Both the position numbers and the translations under genes were made by a program. DNA of 35,431 nt from a virus (lineage: Duplodnaviria > Heunggongvirae > Uroviricota > Caudoviricetes). Below are positions 25,555 to 34,623 of the stretch, one piece after another. The stretch lies in IMG/VR virus record IMGVR_UViG_3300018065_000012. The stretch is one strand, 5' to 3'. The notes beneath the pieces were generated by a model. That model had not been told where the DNA came from. It made no database searches and saw only the letters and a list, made by a program, of their open reading frames with translations. Position 1 is the stretch's first letter. Each line of letters opens with the position of its first letter.

Positions 25555-25815
25555 ATGACTCGCGAACAACGTATCAAAGTTGCAAAGCGTTTGGTAAGGC
25601 TTGCAAAAGAGATGAACGCACAAGGGCCACAAAGAATCAGGCGTCGAGAAACAGGAATGGGTCCATTGATTACCAAGCTGATCGACGAGACGGGTGGAGA
25701 TGTTGCAAAAATGCTTACTGCGGTAATTATGGCAGGACAAAAGGCAGGCAAAATTCCTTCTGGCGGCACGGCAAAAATGATTACCAAATTACAGCAGGCT
25801 TTGAAAGCTATCTAA
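25555..25815 (+). CDS. Small protein with an N-terminal IKVAKRLVRLAKEM motif.
   Basis: A strong AGGAGAAAAAAA RBS is present. Confidence 0.45.
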   Translation: MTREQRIKVAKRLVRLAKEMNAQGPQRIRRRETGMGPLITKLIDETGGDVAKMLTAVIMAGQKAGKIPSGGTAKMITKLQQALKAI

Positions 25816-25826
25816 AGGGAATTGAA

Positions 25827-26162
25827 ATGGACGATAACAGCATCTCAAAAGAATTGGCAAATATCAGTCAAATTATTGATTCCGCACGCTTGCTTGAACT
25901 TGTTCGAAAAGAAGTTGGGACAGCGATGCAGGGCAAGCAGGCAATGGTTATTGGCGGAGAACTTTCTGATAAGCCAAATTATGATGTCGTTGTTATCCAT
26001 CACTCAGGCAAAGATGGCAATGGTGTGATCACACGTCGTTTGCGAGACGCTGTTGAAGATATTGAGATTACAAATCTTGACAACATGGTTGATAACATGC
26101 TTGGCATACGTTACAAACAGGAAAAGACGCCGGATGTATCTAAAACCAACAGCGCTGGTTGA
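25827..26162 (+). CDS. Hypothetical protein (111 aa).
   Basis: An AAGGGAA RBS is present, and the ATG is in frame with the 25536 ORF. Confidence 0.4.
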   Translation: MDDNSISKELANISQIIDSARLLELVRKEVGTAMQGKQAMVIGGELSDKPNYDVVVIHHSGKDGNGVITRRLRDAVEDIEITNLDNMVDNMLGIRYKQEKTPDVSKTNSAG

Positions 26163-27066
26163 TGGCGATAAAGTTGCTATCATTACGCCTTCTTCTCCGA
26201 TTACGTCGACTAAGGCAATTCAGTCTGCGTTGCCTGTCTTTGTAGAATGTGGCTTGGAGCCTGTTCTTGGTCCCAATTTGAGAAATTTACGTTCTGACGC
26301 TTGGAATTCTGCTCCTGTTGATCAACGTATTCATGAAATAGATTGGGCCTTTAGCGACAATACTATTTCTGCCGTATGTGTGAGTGAAGGCGGTTATTCT
26401 GCGATAGAACTGTTACCTTATATCCCTTACGACTTGATTCGCAAAACGCGTAAACCATTCATGGGGATGTCTGATATTACAGTTATCAACAATGCAATTT
26501 TGCGTTGTTCCGGGCTGGTAAACTTTTGCGGCCCAAATATTCGTATTCGCGAGAAAAAGCCCCTTGATGAGCAAAATCTTAAACACGCACTTATGCTACT
26601 CAAGCTTGATTCTGAATGGCACAATGATCCTTTTTCAGATTGTTCATTACCGCGTTGCGTCTGCGGTGGAATTGTTCGGGGAACTTCAATTGGCGGAAAC
26701 TTGACTTTGTTCACGGCGTTGATAGGAACGCCATTTTTGCCAGAATTGGAAGGCGCAATTTTATTTTTGGAAGATACTCAGGCAGGTGGTTACGAAGTTT
26801 CAGCTTGCTTGAATCAGCTTGAATTGGCTGGGGTTTTTGAAAAAGTTGGCGGCGTTGTTTTTGGAGAATTTGTCGAACGGCCAGAACGACAGGATTCAGA
26901 TGTTTCTGTTGAGGACGTAGTTGTTCGATTCTTTGAAGATAAATTGCCTTGCGTTTTCGGAATGAACTTCAGTCATGGCGAGACGGTTGCGAACGTTCCG
27001 CTTGGGGTGGAAACTTCTTTGGACGCTGAGAGCTGTATGGTTATGTTTGGAAATCCCTTTTCATGA
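26134..27066 (+). CDS. LD-carboxypeptidase (peptidase S66; LdcA / MccF-like).
   Basis: LVDGDKVAIITPSS is present. The Ser motif is GMSDITVINNAIL, the Glu motif is ILFLEDTQAGGYEV and the His motif is NFSHGETVANVPLG. The start is taken at the internal Met after an AGGAAAAG RBS. Confidence 0.72.
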   Translation: MYLKPTALVDGDKVAIITPSSPITSTKAIQSALPVFVECGLEPVLGPNLRNLRSDAWNSAPVDQRIHEIDWAFSDNTISAVCVSEGGYSAIELLPYIPYDLIRKTRKPFMGMSDITVINNAILRCSGLVNFCGPNIRIREKKPLDEQNLKHALMLLKLDSEWHNDPFSDCSLPRCVCGGIVRGTSIGGNLTLFTALIGTPFLPELEGAILFLEDTQAGGYEVSACLNQLELAGVFEKVGGVVFGEFVERPERQDSDVSVEDVVVRFFEDKLPCVFGMNFSHGETVANVPLGVETSLDAESCMVMFGNPFS

Positions 27067-27446
27067 AACCAAAGCTGAAAAAAACCGTTCTTGCTATCAA
27101 AAGCGTAAAGGTAAAGACCTCAAAGGGAAAAGAATTTTCCATTGAATTTACTCTTTACAAAAAAGCAGGCTATATCAGTGGCGTTTGTAATTGGAAGTTG
27201 GACGGGGAAGAGAATTCAGATCAACGGACGTTTGGTCGTGTTGGGAACGCTAACGTAAAAGAGTTGATCGCTGATTGGGTTAATGAAATATTGCAACAGG
27301 TAGGAACAGAAACCGATGTTGAAAATGGTTGGGATGCTTCTGGAGAAATCAAGTCGCTTGAAAAAGTTTTACCAGCAGAGTTGAAACCGACTAAGCAGAT
27401 AGCTAAAGAACTTGTTAAGATTGCGAGAGAAATATGCCAGATGTAA
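27063..27446 (+). CDS. Small protein with a C-terminal KELVKIAREI motif.
   Basis: There is ATGA overlap with the upstream gene. Confidence 0.45.
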   Translation: MKPKLKKTVLAIKSVKVKTSKGKEFSIEFTLYKKAGYISGVCNWKLDGEENSDQRTFGRVGNANVKELIADWVNEILQQVGTETDVENGWDASGEIKSLEKVLPAELKPTKQIAKELVKIAREICQM

Positions 27447-27919
27447 GTCCAACAACAGGTGAAGCCTATTACAGCGGCACTTGGGAAGACGTGCGCAATC
27501 TTTGTAAGGTTTTGAAGATTGGCAGTGGGCGGCTCGCATTGATAGACCAAAAGCTTGTTGAGTTTTATCAGGAACAGGTTGATCGTGAAATCGATGGAGA
27601 ACTTGAACAATATTATTATGTCCCATTACGTTCGTACAATATGTATCGCCCGGTTGATTCAACGACAATTTCCGTATTTCCGGGAGCGATACGTTCATTA
27701 GCTCGGCATTGGGCTGCTGGCGCTCTATTGATGAGCGAGTTTCAAGACCTTGATCCAAACGCAAATGAAGGTGCCACGACTTATATTACGGAGAGCAAAC
27801 AAAAGCTTTATGATTTTATGCGCTTTCAAAAACGTATTCCCGGACAAACTTGGAAACACAATTTGCGAACGATGCCTCCAACAATGGCACCGGGGTTCAA
27901 CCCAGAACCGGAATGGTAA
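27434..27919 (+). CDS. Hypothetical protein (161 aa).
   Basis: A GAGAGAAA RBS is present, and the gene overlaps the end of the upstream gene. Confidence 0.45.
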   Translation: MPDVSPTTGEAYYSGTWEDVRNLCKVLKIGSGRLALIDQKLVEFYQEQVDREIDGELEQYYYVPLRSYNMYRPVDSTTISVFPGAIRSLARHWAAGALLMSEFQDLDPNANEGATTYITESKQKLYDFMRFQKRIPGQTWKHNLRTMPPTMAPGFNPEPEW

Positions 27920-27920
27920 T

Positions 27921-29069
27921 ATGAGACGTTGTGCTCAAAAGGAAGAATTGTCGCCAGCTGAAAAAGCAAAGCGCGTGAAAAAGCGCACTGATGGCGTAAA
28001 GAATATTGCTGATAATTTGCAGAGTTTACGACGTAAATTGAATCAAGAATTGAACTCTGGTGATGAGAAAGAACGTTTGGTCGCTCTTGTTATTAGCGTA
28101 ATGGACAAAACCGCTGAACGCGTAGGAAATGAAGAGTCAGCGGAAAACAATCACCTTGGCGTTACAGGATTCAAGAAAAAGAATATTTCCGTGGAAGGCA
28201 ATACAGTAAAGCTTTCCTATACGGGAAAATCCGGCGTCAAGCATGAAAAGGATTTCACGGACAAAAAACTTGCACCGATGATTTCTGATTTGTTGAAACA
28301 GACAAAAGGCGAAGACAGTTTTGTGTTCGAAACGCCTGATGGATTCAAAATTAAATCGGATCAGGTTACGCGATTTCTGAAGCCATTTGACATTAAGCCA
28401 AAAGATATTCGCGGCTATGCAGCAAACCGATACATGATTCGCTCTTTGAAGCGTCGTGGAATTGAACCTGATGAGAAGGAACGCAAAAAACGGTTTTTGG
28501 AAACGCTCAAAGATGTTGCTGAGCGGGTTGGTCACACGCCATCAATGCTCCGGAATTCCTATTTGCTTCCCGATCTGGAAGACAAATATATCAAGCACGG
28601 AAAGGTGGTTGAATTGGATCGCAAGGCAAGTATTGATGAAAAAGCTATTATTGCCCGTTTGATGGCTCCACCGGGAATAGGAATGAACCAAAATGAGTTG
28701 GGTGGCGAAGCTCGTCCTAAAGATCATGTCGTGGATAACACTGTTGAAGTTCGTATCATAACGTTTGATGAATTACGGGATATGATGGATAGGTTGACAA
28801 AATCAGCTTGCTTATATTATGCTGGAATAGAAGACGTCTTGAAAAAATACTCGCAGAAAAATAAGGCTTGGTATTATGATAAGAAGAGTCAAACTTTCAC
28901 TGCGGATGCTTCTGATTTAGGCCGTGGAACTTGGAAAGACCCTTGGAATCGTTCGATCAGAGACAGTTGGATTAGCCCAATTCGAGACAGAGAGGGCGAC
29001 ATCCAGAAATGGACAGGGCATACAACGGTCAAGGGTGAAAAGATAAATCTAACGATTTTCAATGACTGA
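27921..29069 (+). CDS. Type IB DNA topoisomerase (poxvirus/bacterial TopIB family).
   Basis: The N-domain reads DKTAERVGNEESAENNHLGVTGFKKKNI...YTGKSGVKHEKDF. The C-domain RVGHTPSMLRNSYLLP contains the catalytic-Tyr motif (compare TPAV.RKSYIHP). Confidence 0.62.
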   Translation: MRRCAQKEELSPAEKAKRVKKRTDGVKNIADNLQSLRRKLNQELNSGDEKERLVALVISVMDKTAERVGNEESAENNHLGVTGFKKKNISVEGNTVKLSYTGKSGVKHEKDFTDKKLAPMISDLLKQTKGEDSFVFETPDGFKIKSDQVTRFLKPFDIKPKDIRGYAANRYMIRSLKRRGIEPDEKERKKRFLETLKDVAERVGHTPSMLRNSYLLPDLEDKYIKHGKVVELDRKASIDEKAIIARLMAPPGIGMNQNELGGEARPKDHVVDNTVEVRIITFDELRDMMDRLTKSACLYYAGIEDVLKKYSQKNKAWYYDKKSQTFTADASDLGRGTWKDPWNRSIRDSWISPIRDREGDIQKWTGHTTVKGEKINLTIFND

Positions 29070-29080
29070 GGAGAAGAGAA

Positions 29081-29311
29081 ATGAATGAAGTCGTTGGGGA
29101 ATTAGTAAAAATTGCGAAAATTTTACTTGCTGCCGAAGGCGACAAATGCGGTCCAAAAGGTTGTATCCGAAAAATTAAGGGTGGTTATGGAATCATGTCT
29201 GGAAAAACGGGCAAACTTTGGGGAACAGAAGACGGCGGAAAGGCAAGAGTTTACAAAACGAAAGAAATCGCTGAGGATGTTTTGAAACGCTACCATGGCT
29301 GGGGATTTTAA
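29081..29311 (+). CDS. Small protein with an N-terminal VGELVKIAKILL motif.
   Basis: A strong AGGAGAAGAGAA RBS is present. Confidence 0.45.
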   Translation: MNEVVGELVKIAKILLAAEGDKCGPKGCIRKIKGGYGIMSGKTGKLWGTEDGGKARVYKTKEIAEDVLKRYHGWGF

Positions 29312-29335
29312 CGTAAGTACAGACAGGTAAAGTAG

Positions 29336-29914
29336 ATGTACACAAACGCGTCAAATATTGTCAAAACGCTCATCCGAATGTTAGAAAATAATTTGGAGAA
29401 CATTAATTGCGTTGTGCACTATTACGAGGATAAAAATTTGACTTTGTGGGAAGGAATGCGCCGGACTTTGCCTGCCGACGCCTTCCCAGCGTTTGAGATT
29501 GAGCCGACGTCTGGTTCTAATAGTTGGTTCGCAACCCGTTCTCAGATGCCACGTTACAGCTTCAACTGTACTCTGACGGTTTTGAATGATAATGAGGATT
29601 ATGGGGTTGAATATATTTCATCTGTTGCAACAGCATTGATTGAGGTGATGACTGACCCGGCAAACTTACAACTTCGCGTTGTAAATGAAGTGAGATGGTC
29701 TCCAAACACTGGGTTGTGTGACACATACATCACAGATAGTTTGGTAGAAAGCGTGACGTACAATTCCGCAAAAGAGGGTACCATAAGGACTTGCGAGTTT
29801 GATTGGTTCGCAATGGTTCATGAGCCGTATCCTGATACGCATTTTTGGGTATTTTTCTCGAATACGCCTGAACCAGTGGAGGTTCGGCCCCGAAACAAAA
29901 TTTTGCCGCCATGA
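29336..29914 (+). CDS. Hypothetical protein (192 aa).
   Basis: The ORF has a plausible RBS. Confidence 0.45.
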   Translation: MYTNASNIVKTLIRMLENNLENINCVVHYYEDKNLTLWEGMRRTLPADAFPAFEIEPTSGSNSWFATRSQMPRYSFNCTLTVLNDNEDYGVEYISSVATALIEVMTDPANLQLRVVNEVRWSPNTGLCDTYITDSLVESVTYNSAKEGTIRTCEFDWFAMVHEPYPDTHFWVFFSNTPEPVEVRPRNKILPP

Positions 29915-29961
29915 CGTTGCATAATTTTTTTATATTCGCCTATTAAGTGGAGAGCTTGTAC

Positions 29962-30213
29962 ATGGATTCTGCGGGTGTTTACAACGCTATTCGGCGTGAA
30001 AAGCCTCTTGACAAGGTAAACAGCGCTATCAAGAAAGGCACTGTTGTTTGGAATAATAACAGGAAAATTTTGATCGATTTGATGATTGAAAATGATGTCG
30101 ACGCGGCTGCGAAAAACGTAAAGCTGCTTCCAAAACAAATTGATCAATTGAGTGAAGAAATCATGAAGTACCGAATGGCAATTTTGAGCGTAGCGTTTTC
30201 TATGGGGAATTAA
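29962..30213 (+). CDS. Hypothetical protein (83 aa).
   Basis: A GGAGAG RBS is 7 nt upstream of the ATG at 29962. The ORF-track GTG at 29947 is less likely. Confidence 0.4.
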   Translation: MDSAGVYNAIRREKPLDKVNSAIKKGTVVWNNNRKILIDLMIENDVDAAAKNVKLLPKQIDQLSEEIMKYRMAILSVAFSMGN

Positions 30214-30453
30214 ATGGACCCCGCAACGAAAGATTACGTCAGGCTCAAGGTTGTTTGGAAGCTGAAAGATATTCAGAAAAACCTTGGGGTGATGAAACGG
30301 GAAGCATTGATTCTGCAACGTTTCACCGGACAGAACTTAACTGATTTGCAAATTATGGACGCTTTGGAAACGGCTGACAAAAACGCTCAAGAAGCTTTGA
30401 AAACTTTAACAACCTTAAAAAAAGATGTACATGGCTTTCTAAGGAGGATATGA
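30214..30453 (+). CDS. Hypothetical protein (79 aa).
   Basis: The ATG is 1 nt after the upstream stop. Confidence 0.4.
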   Translation: MDPATKDYVRLKVVWKLKDIQKNLGVMKREALILQRFTGQNLTDLQIMDALETADKNAQEALKTLTTLKKDVHGFLRRI

Positions 30454-30454
30454 G

Positions 30455-31222
30455 ATGGGACTCATTCAGAGCAGTGTCCTGTTAGGTATTGCGGACCGTT
30501 GCGCTTATCAATACGGTGTGATTGCAGAAAATTGGGATAGCATCAACGTCACGGGTGGTGGTTACTATTTCCAGCGCGTCACAGCAACAGATGATCCTGA
30601 TGTTGAAATCCCTCTATTGAACACATACTACCTACTGGACACTGAGGGGTTCAACCTTGAGAACATGATCAAGTCAGGTCTTCCAAAGCTTTTGACCGTG
30701 GTCACTGCTATGGATGCCCATTTCAGTCGCGTTGGTCACACTGGCGGTTGGGACAGTTATCTCAATGCCGACGCTGAACGCGTCAGTGATTATTTCAACA
30801 TGGTCTATCACGCGGCAAAAAGCGTTTATATGCTTGCCAATAATGTTTTCTCGGAAGATGAAAACGTCTTCGGAACTTTCACCGGGGCACCTGTCTTTAC
30901 TGATGGCGTTGACTATGGTGATGGTTCTTGGGAGAATTATGCAGATGGAAGTCAATTTGCCCCAACGCAATTAAGTATTGTCGTCGAAACAGGCGCAACA
31001 GCTTCAAACCTTGTGGTAACGTTGAACGTGAAGAATGCACAGAATCAACCTACGACAGTTCAAAACTCAGTACCTCTAAACGGCGGTGTAGGAACTTCAG
31101 TGGACATGGGAACAGCAAATGACCGTTTCCTTGATGTTACCGGCGTTGTGATTGATAGTGGTTCTTTAGCAGGTGGTAATGTGAAAATTATCAATAAAGT
31201 AGAACGCGCAGTTGCTCCGTAA
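30455..31222 (+). CDS. Hypothetical virion protein (255 aa).
   Basis: An AAGGAGG RBS is present. Confidence 0.5.
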   Translation: MGLIQSSVLLGIADRCAYQYGVIAENWDSINVTGGGYYFQRVTATDDPDVEIPLLNTYYLLDTEGFNLENMIKSGLPKLLTVVTAMDAHFSRVGHTGGWDSYLNADAERVSDYFNMVYHAAKSVYMLANNVFSEDENVFGTFTGAPVFTDGVDYGDGSWENYADGSQFAPTQLSIVVETGATASNLVVTLNVKNAQNQPTTVQNSVPLNGGVGTSVDMGTANDRFLDVTGVVIDSGSLAGGNVKIINKVERAVAP

Positions 31223-31262
31223 TGATCGCCAAGGGAAAGAACTAAACAGGAGGATATGAACC

Positions 31263-32375
31263 ATGGCAATGGGATACATGGGATTTGCAAAATTTTATCT
31301 TCAGTCATCTGGAGGTTCTCCAAGCAGCCCGCTCTTGCTGCTTGCGACTGGAGCCAGCGTCAACCTGACCCTTGAACCGATCATGTCAACAGCAGTCTGG
31401 GGCGCTGGTTGGTATAATGCGGCGTCGACATCCCACTACGCGGATGGCGCGTTGCGTTATGAAGGTTCAATTGATATCGAGCTTCAGGGTACGAATGACC
31501 TTTGGAATTTCGTACGTGACTGGGGCATCGAATATCGTGCCTTCCCGATGAGTGCTGATATCAGCCCAGACGGACGGCGTGTTTATTCATTCTACACGGC
31601 AGGTGATTATACTCTGGGAAGTCACGCAGAGAATTCATTCACCAATGCGGGAATGTATTGCACGTCTCTTGGTTTCAGCACATCAGAAGGCTCTTTTGTC
31701 ACTGTGTCTTGCGGTGCTGTAGGTTTGGAACGCGTCTTTGCGTTGACCGGCAAGAAGTATATTGAAAACCGTGCCGGTATTACAACGTGCGATGAGTTGA
31801 TGACGACGTTCCCATTGAATCCATCTTCAGCAAATATTTCTCCTATTCCGTTCTGGCGCACCAATGCAAACTTGCTTGACCTTGGCGTTACTTCATATCC
31901 AACGTACCCGACATATACTCCGTTTGTAAGCGGTACCGTGTTCCAAGCTGACCTTGAGACAATTGAATGGTCGGTAGATGTTACAAACAACCAAGTCATT
32001 CTGTATACGTGCGATGGAACGCGCGAAGCTACAGCTGTATTGATGGGTACAATGGATGTGTCTGGTTCAGTGACGCTGTTCTCTGTAGACGGTGTGTTTG
32101 ACCCGATTCTTGGTCCGACTGGAACAGAAGGAACGGAAGACAACCCATACTTGTATGCTCAACGTACAATTTTCCGCGTTGAGATTCAGCGTTCACCGGC
32201 TTCAGCAAACCCAGTTTATATTGAGTTGCCTGCCGTTCTTGTCACGGCTGATGACTATGGTTTGAAGGGGCAGAACGATGTAACCAGTCGTGGTTTCACG
32301 ATTCAGGGCTTGGGTGGCCGCTGTCAGAGCGGTGGAACGATTTATCCTCCATGCATGATGTCACAAGCGACGTAA
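31263..32375 (+). CDS. Hypothetical structural protein (370 aa), paralogous to the next gene.
   Basis: An AGGAGG RBS is present. The N-terminus MAMGYMGFA and the TSLGFSTSEGSFVTVS...LER segment resemble MAVGYEGAA and TSVNFNAAEGSAVTGS...IER of the 32379 product. Confidence 0.55.
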   Translation: MAMGYMGFAKFYLQSSGGSPSSPLLLLATGASVNLTLEPIMSTAVWGAGWYNAASTSHYADGALRYEGSIDIELQGTNDLWNFVRDWGIEYRAFPMSADISPDGRRVYSFYTAGDYTLGSHAENSFTNAGMYCTSLGFSTSEGSFVTVSCGAVGLERVFALTGKKYIENRAGITTCDELMTTFPLNPSSANISPIPFWRTNANLLDLGVTSYPTYPTYTPFVSGTVFQADLETIEWSVDVTNNQVILYTCDGTREATAVLMGTMDVSGSVTLFSVDGVFDPILGPTGTEGTEDNPYLYAQRTIFRVEIQRSPASANPVYIELPAVLVTADDYGLKGQNDVTSRGFTIQGLGGRCQSGGTIYPPCMMSQAT

Positions 32376-32378
32376 ATA

Positions 32379-33278
32379 ATGGCAGTAGGATATGAAGGCG
32401 CAGCACTGATAGGGTCCGAATTGATTCTCTGTACTGGATTGGATATTCCAGAAGGAGAATCTCGGTTAGATTCAGCAGGTGCGTTTCGCGGAAGTTTTGA
32501 TCTCTCTGAATCCATTTCAGATGTCCACGCCTATGATTGGCCAGAAAACAATGGTAGTGTTAGTTTTGAAGCAAACACTAACATTGTCACTTTTTTGAAA
32601 AGCTGGATGGGAAGCAGAGATGAATCAAAAACCGTTCAGATGTATCCTGATGGCGGGTCTGCGCAGCAGTTTAATGAATGTTTTTGGACTTCCGTCAATT
32701 TCAACGCTGCGGAAGGATCAGCAGTAACGGGTTCGCTTGACTTTGTAGCGATTGAACGATCTTCTGAAGCAATTGCAAACAACTACATTAGCAACCGAAA
32801 CGGACGGTTACAAGATGGAACGATTCCGGGATACAATTCAAGCGCTTTAAGCAGTTCGCAGCTGGGCGCTTTTGCTGGCGGAGTTTCTGGCGGAGACGTA
32901 CAACCAGTTCCTTACTGGCTTGGCGTTTTAATCAGTTCAGAAATGATCCCCAGCAATTCTAAGATAACAAGTTGGTCCGTTACCATCAATCAGGAAGTTG
33001 TCAAGTATTTCAAATGCGAAGGACTTTATACCGAAGCAGTTGCGCCGTTCCGCGTTGGGATTGGGGCTGTAACAGTTGAGCTTCAAGTTGAGTTGTACGT
33101 TGTCTCTTCGTCGTATGTTGTTCAACAAGATGTAAACGATTTGACAGTAGATATTGGCGGCGTAACTATTGGGATGAGCGATTTGGAACTTCAGAATCAC
33201 GCGCAAAACATAGCAACAGGGAGTGATCTAACGTCAGTAGAAATGACGTATGCTGTTCACGGTTTATCTGTAGCTTGA
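32379..33278 (+). CDS. Hypothetical structural protein (299 aa), paralogous to the preceding gene.
   Basis: It starts 3 nt after the upstream stop and shares sequence with the 31263 product. Confidence 0.5.
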   Translation: MAVGYEGAALIGSELILCTGLDIPEGESRLDSAGAFRGSFDLSESISDVHAYDWPENNGSVSFEANTNIVTFLKSWMGSRDESKTVQMYPDGGSAQQFNECFWTSVNFNAAEGSAVTGSLDFVAIERSSEAIANNYISNRNGRLQDGTIPGYNSSALSSSQLGAFAGGVSGGDVQPVPYWLGVLISSEMIPSNSKITSWSVTINQEVVKYFKCEGLYTEAVAPFRVGIGAVTVELQVELYVVSSSYVVQQDVNDLTVDIGGVTIGMSDLELQNHAQNIATGSDLTSVEMTYAVHGLSVA

Positions 33279-33332
33279 TTCCCGGCGAATTTTGCCGGAT
33301 AATATGATATGAGATATGATATGAAAGATAAA

Positions 33333-33394
33333 GGCACAGGATAGGTCTCAACAGATCACGCTGTCGTGATTGAGATTTGTCCTGTGCCTTTTTC
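33333..33394 (+). terminator. Strong rho-independent terminator with a long interrupted hairpin.
   Basis: GGCACAGGA...TCCTGTGCC forms the outer stem, with inner helices TCTCAA/TTGAGA and ATCACG/CGTGAT, then TTTTTC. Confidence 0.65.
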
Positions 33395-33417
33395 ATTGCC
33401 CTGATTGGGAGAATATG

Positions 33418-33909
33418 ATGGCCAAGAAAGTGATACCCAAGACAGAAAATTTACCCAGCAAGCCGGAAAGCGAACAGCGTGTTGACGAAAAAATAAGTAA
33501 GCCCGGCAAGTTTGAAATTACGGATGATGAAAATTTCACAGTAAAGATTCCAGTAAAGACAACTGAAAAACGTTGGGTGGTTATTGAAAACGAAAAGCAA
33601 GCAGATGAAACGCACGAAGTTGTTTTCAGGATGTGGAGTTACGAGGAAGAAATCCAATTGAGAAAAGAAGCTACAACATACGATGCAATGAAGCGGATGC
33701 ACTTTGTTGACAATGATAAACTGAACCGCTTGAAACTTCAAACGCTTTTGAAATCTTGGTCATTTGAAAAGGACAATCCAAGATTGAAAATTCTACACGT
33801 CAATGGAACCATGGTTGACGAAGTTTGGAAAATGGTGATGAAGCTTCATCCGAACATTTTGAGATACATAATTGACAGGATGAACAATGTACTTGAATAT
33901 AACGGATGA
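33418..33909 (+). CDS. Hypothetical acidic protein, possibly chaperone-like.
   Basis: A GGGAG RBS is 6 nt upstream of the ATG at 33418. The ORF-track start at 33370 lies inside the terminator. Confidence 0.5.
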   Translation: MAKKVIPKTENLPSKPESEQRVDEKISKPGKFEITDDENFTVKIPVKTTEKRWVVIENEKQADETHEVVFRMWSYEEEIQLRKEATTYDAMKRMHFVDNDKLNRLKLQTLLKSWSFEKDNPRLKILHVNGTMVDEVWKMVMKLHPNILRYIIDRMNNVLEYNG

Positions 33910-34621
33910 CGAACAAATACGCAAAGAATACGAGTTGTTTGCTGGCGGCGATGATATCAAAATAAGCATCAACGCAAAGAAGCACGGAAAAAGCTTTTTG
34001 CCGGACCCAGATGGAAAAATTGTCTTGTGGGCAAAATTTCGCAAAATGACGGTTGAGAATTATTGGTTCATTGAAAAGCTGATGAAGTTTGAAGTTGAGC
34101 GGGATAAGCACGTTGAAGTTGAATACGATATGGAAGAAGGGAAAAGACAAATTCTTCGCTTTCAATTGACTGGCTGGAATTTGCCCTTGGAATTGAGATT
34201 TGATGAAAACGATTATTTAACAGAAGACTGTTTGAAAGAAGTTTTACATTTGCCCGCTCCGCTTGTGGGAGTTTTTGTTGACAAGTTTATTGACACCTAC
34301 ACTGTTTCATATGATGAACAAACGGAAATTGATAAACAATGCGCGTCTCTTTTTGCAAGGAACAGCCGTGGCGTGGAAAATGCTTGCGAAGCGGTTACGT
34401 TGTTTTGCGTTCTTGGAAACATGTGGGAGAAATTTGGGATTAACCGTTTTCAATTGAAAAACCTTCCTTACAAAGAGTATGTGATGATGCGCATGGTTTT
34501 GTCGCGTGAAATTGATAAGCAGCGGGCAGAGGTTGCTTCGAGAAAGCGTAAAGGTGCGACCAAGATTGCAGGTGCTGGTGGAAAAGTACGACCAAGCAAA
34601 GGCGTGACGGTTGAGGGCTGA
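33887..34621 (+). CDS. Hypothetical protein that overlaps the 3' end of the previous gene by 23 nt.
   Basis: A 244-aa ORF in a different frame from 33418..33909. Confidence 0.45.
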   Translation: MYLNITDDEQIRKEYELFAGGDDIKISINAKKHGKSFLPDPDGKIVLWAKFRKMTVENYWFIEKLMKFEVERDKHVEVEYDMEEGKRQILRFQLTGWNLPLELRFDENDYLTEDCLKEVLHLPAPLVGVFVDKFIDTYTVSYDEQTEIDKQCASLFARNSRGVENACEAVTLFCVLGNMWEKFGINRFQLKNLPYKEYVMMRMVLSREIDKQRAEVASRKRKGATKIAGAGGKVRPSKGVTVEG

Positions 34622-34623
34622 AG

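Noticed and set aside
33370-33414. The ORF-track start at 33370 for the chaperone-like gene.
   Set aside because: This start lies inside the terminator hairpin. A GGGAG RBS serves the ATG at 33418.
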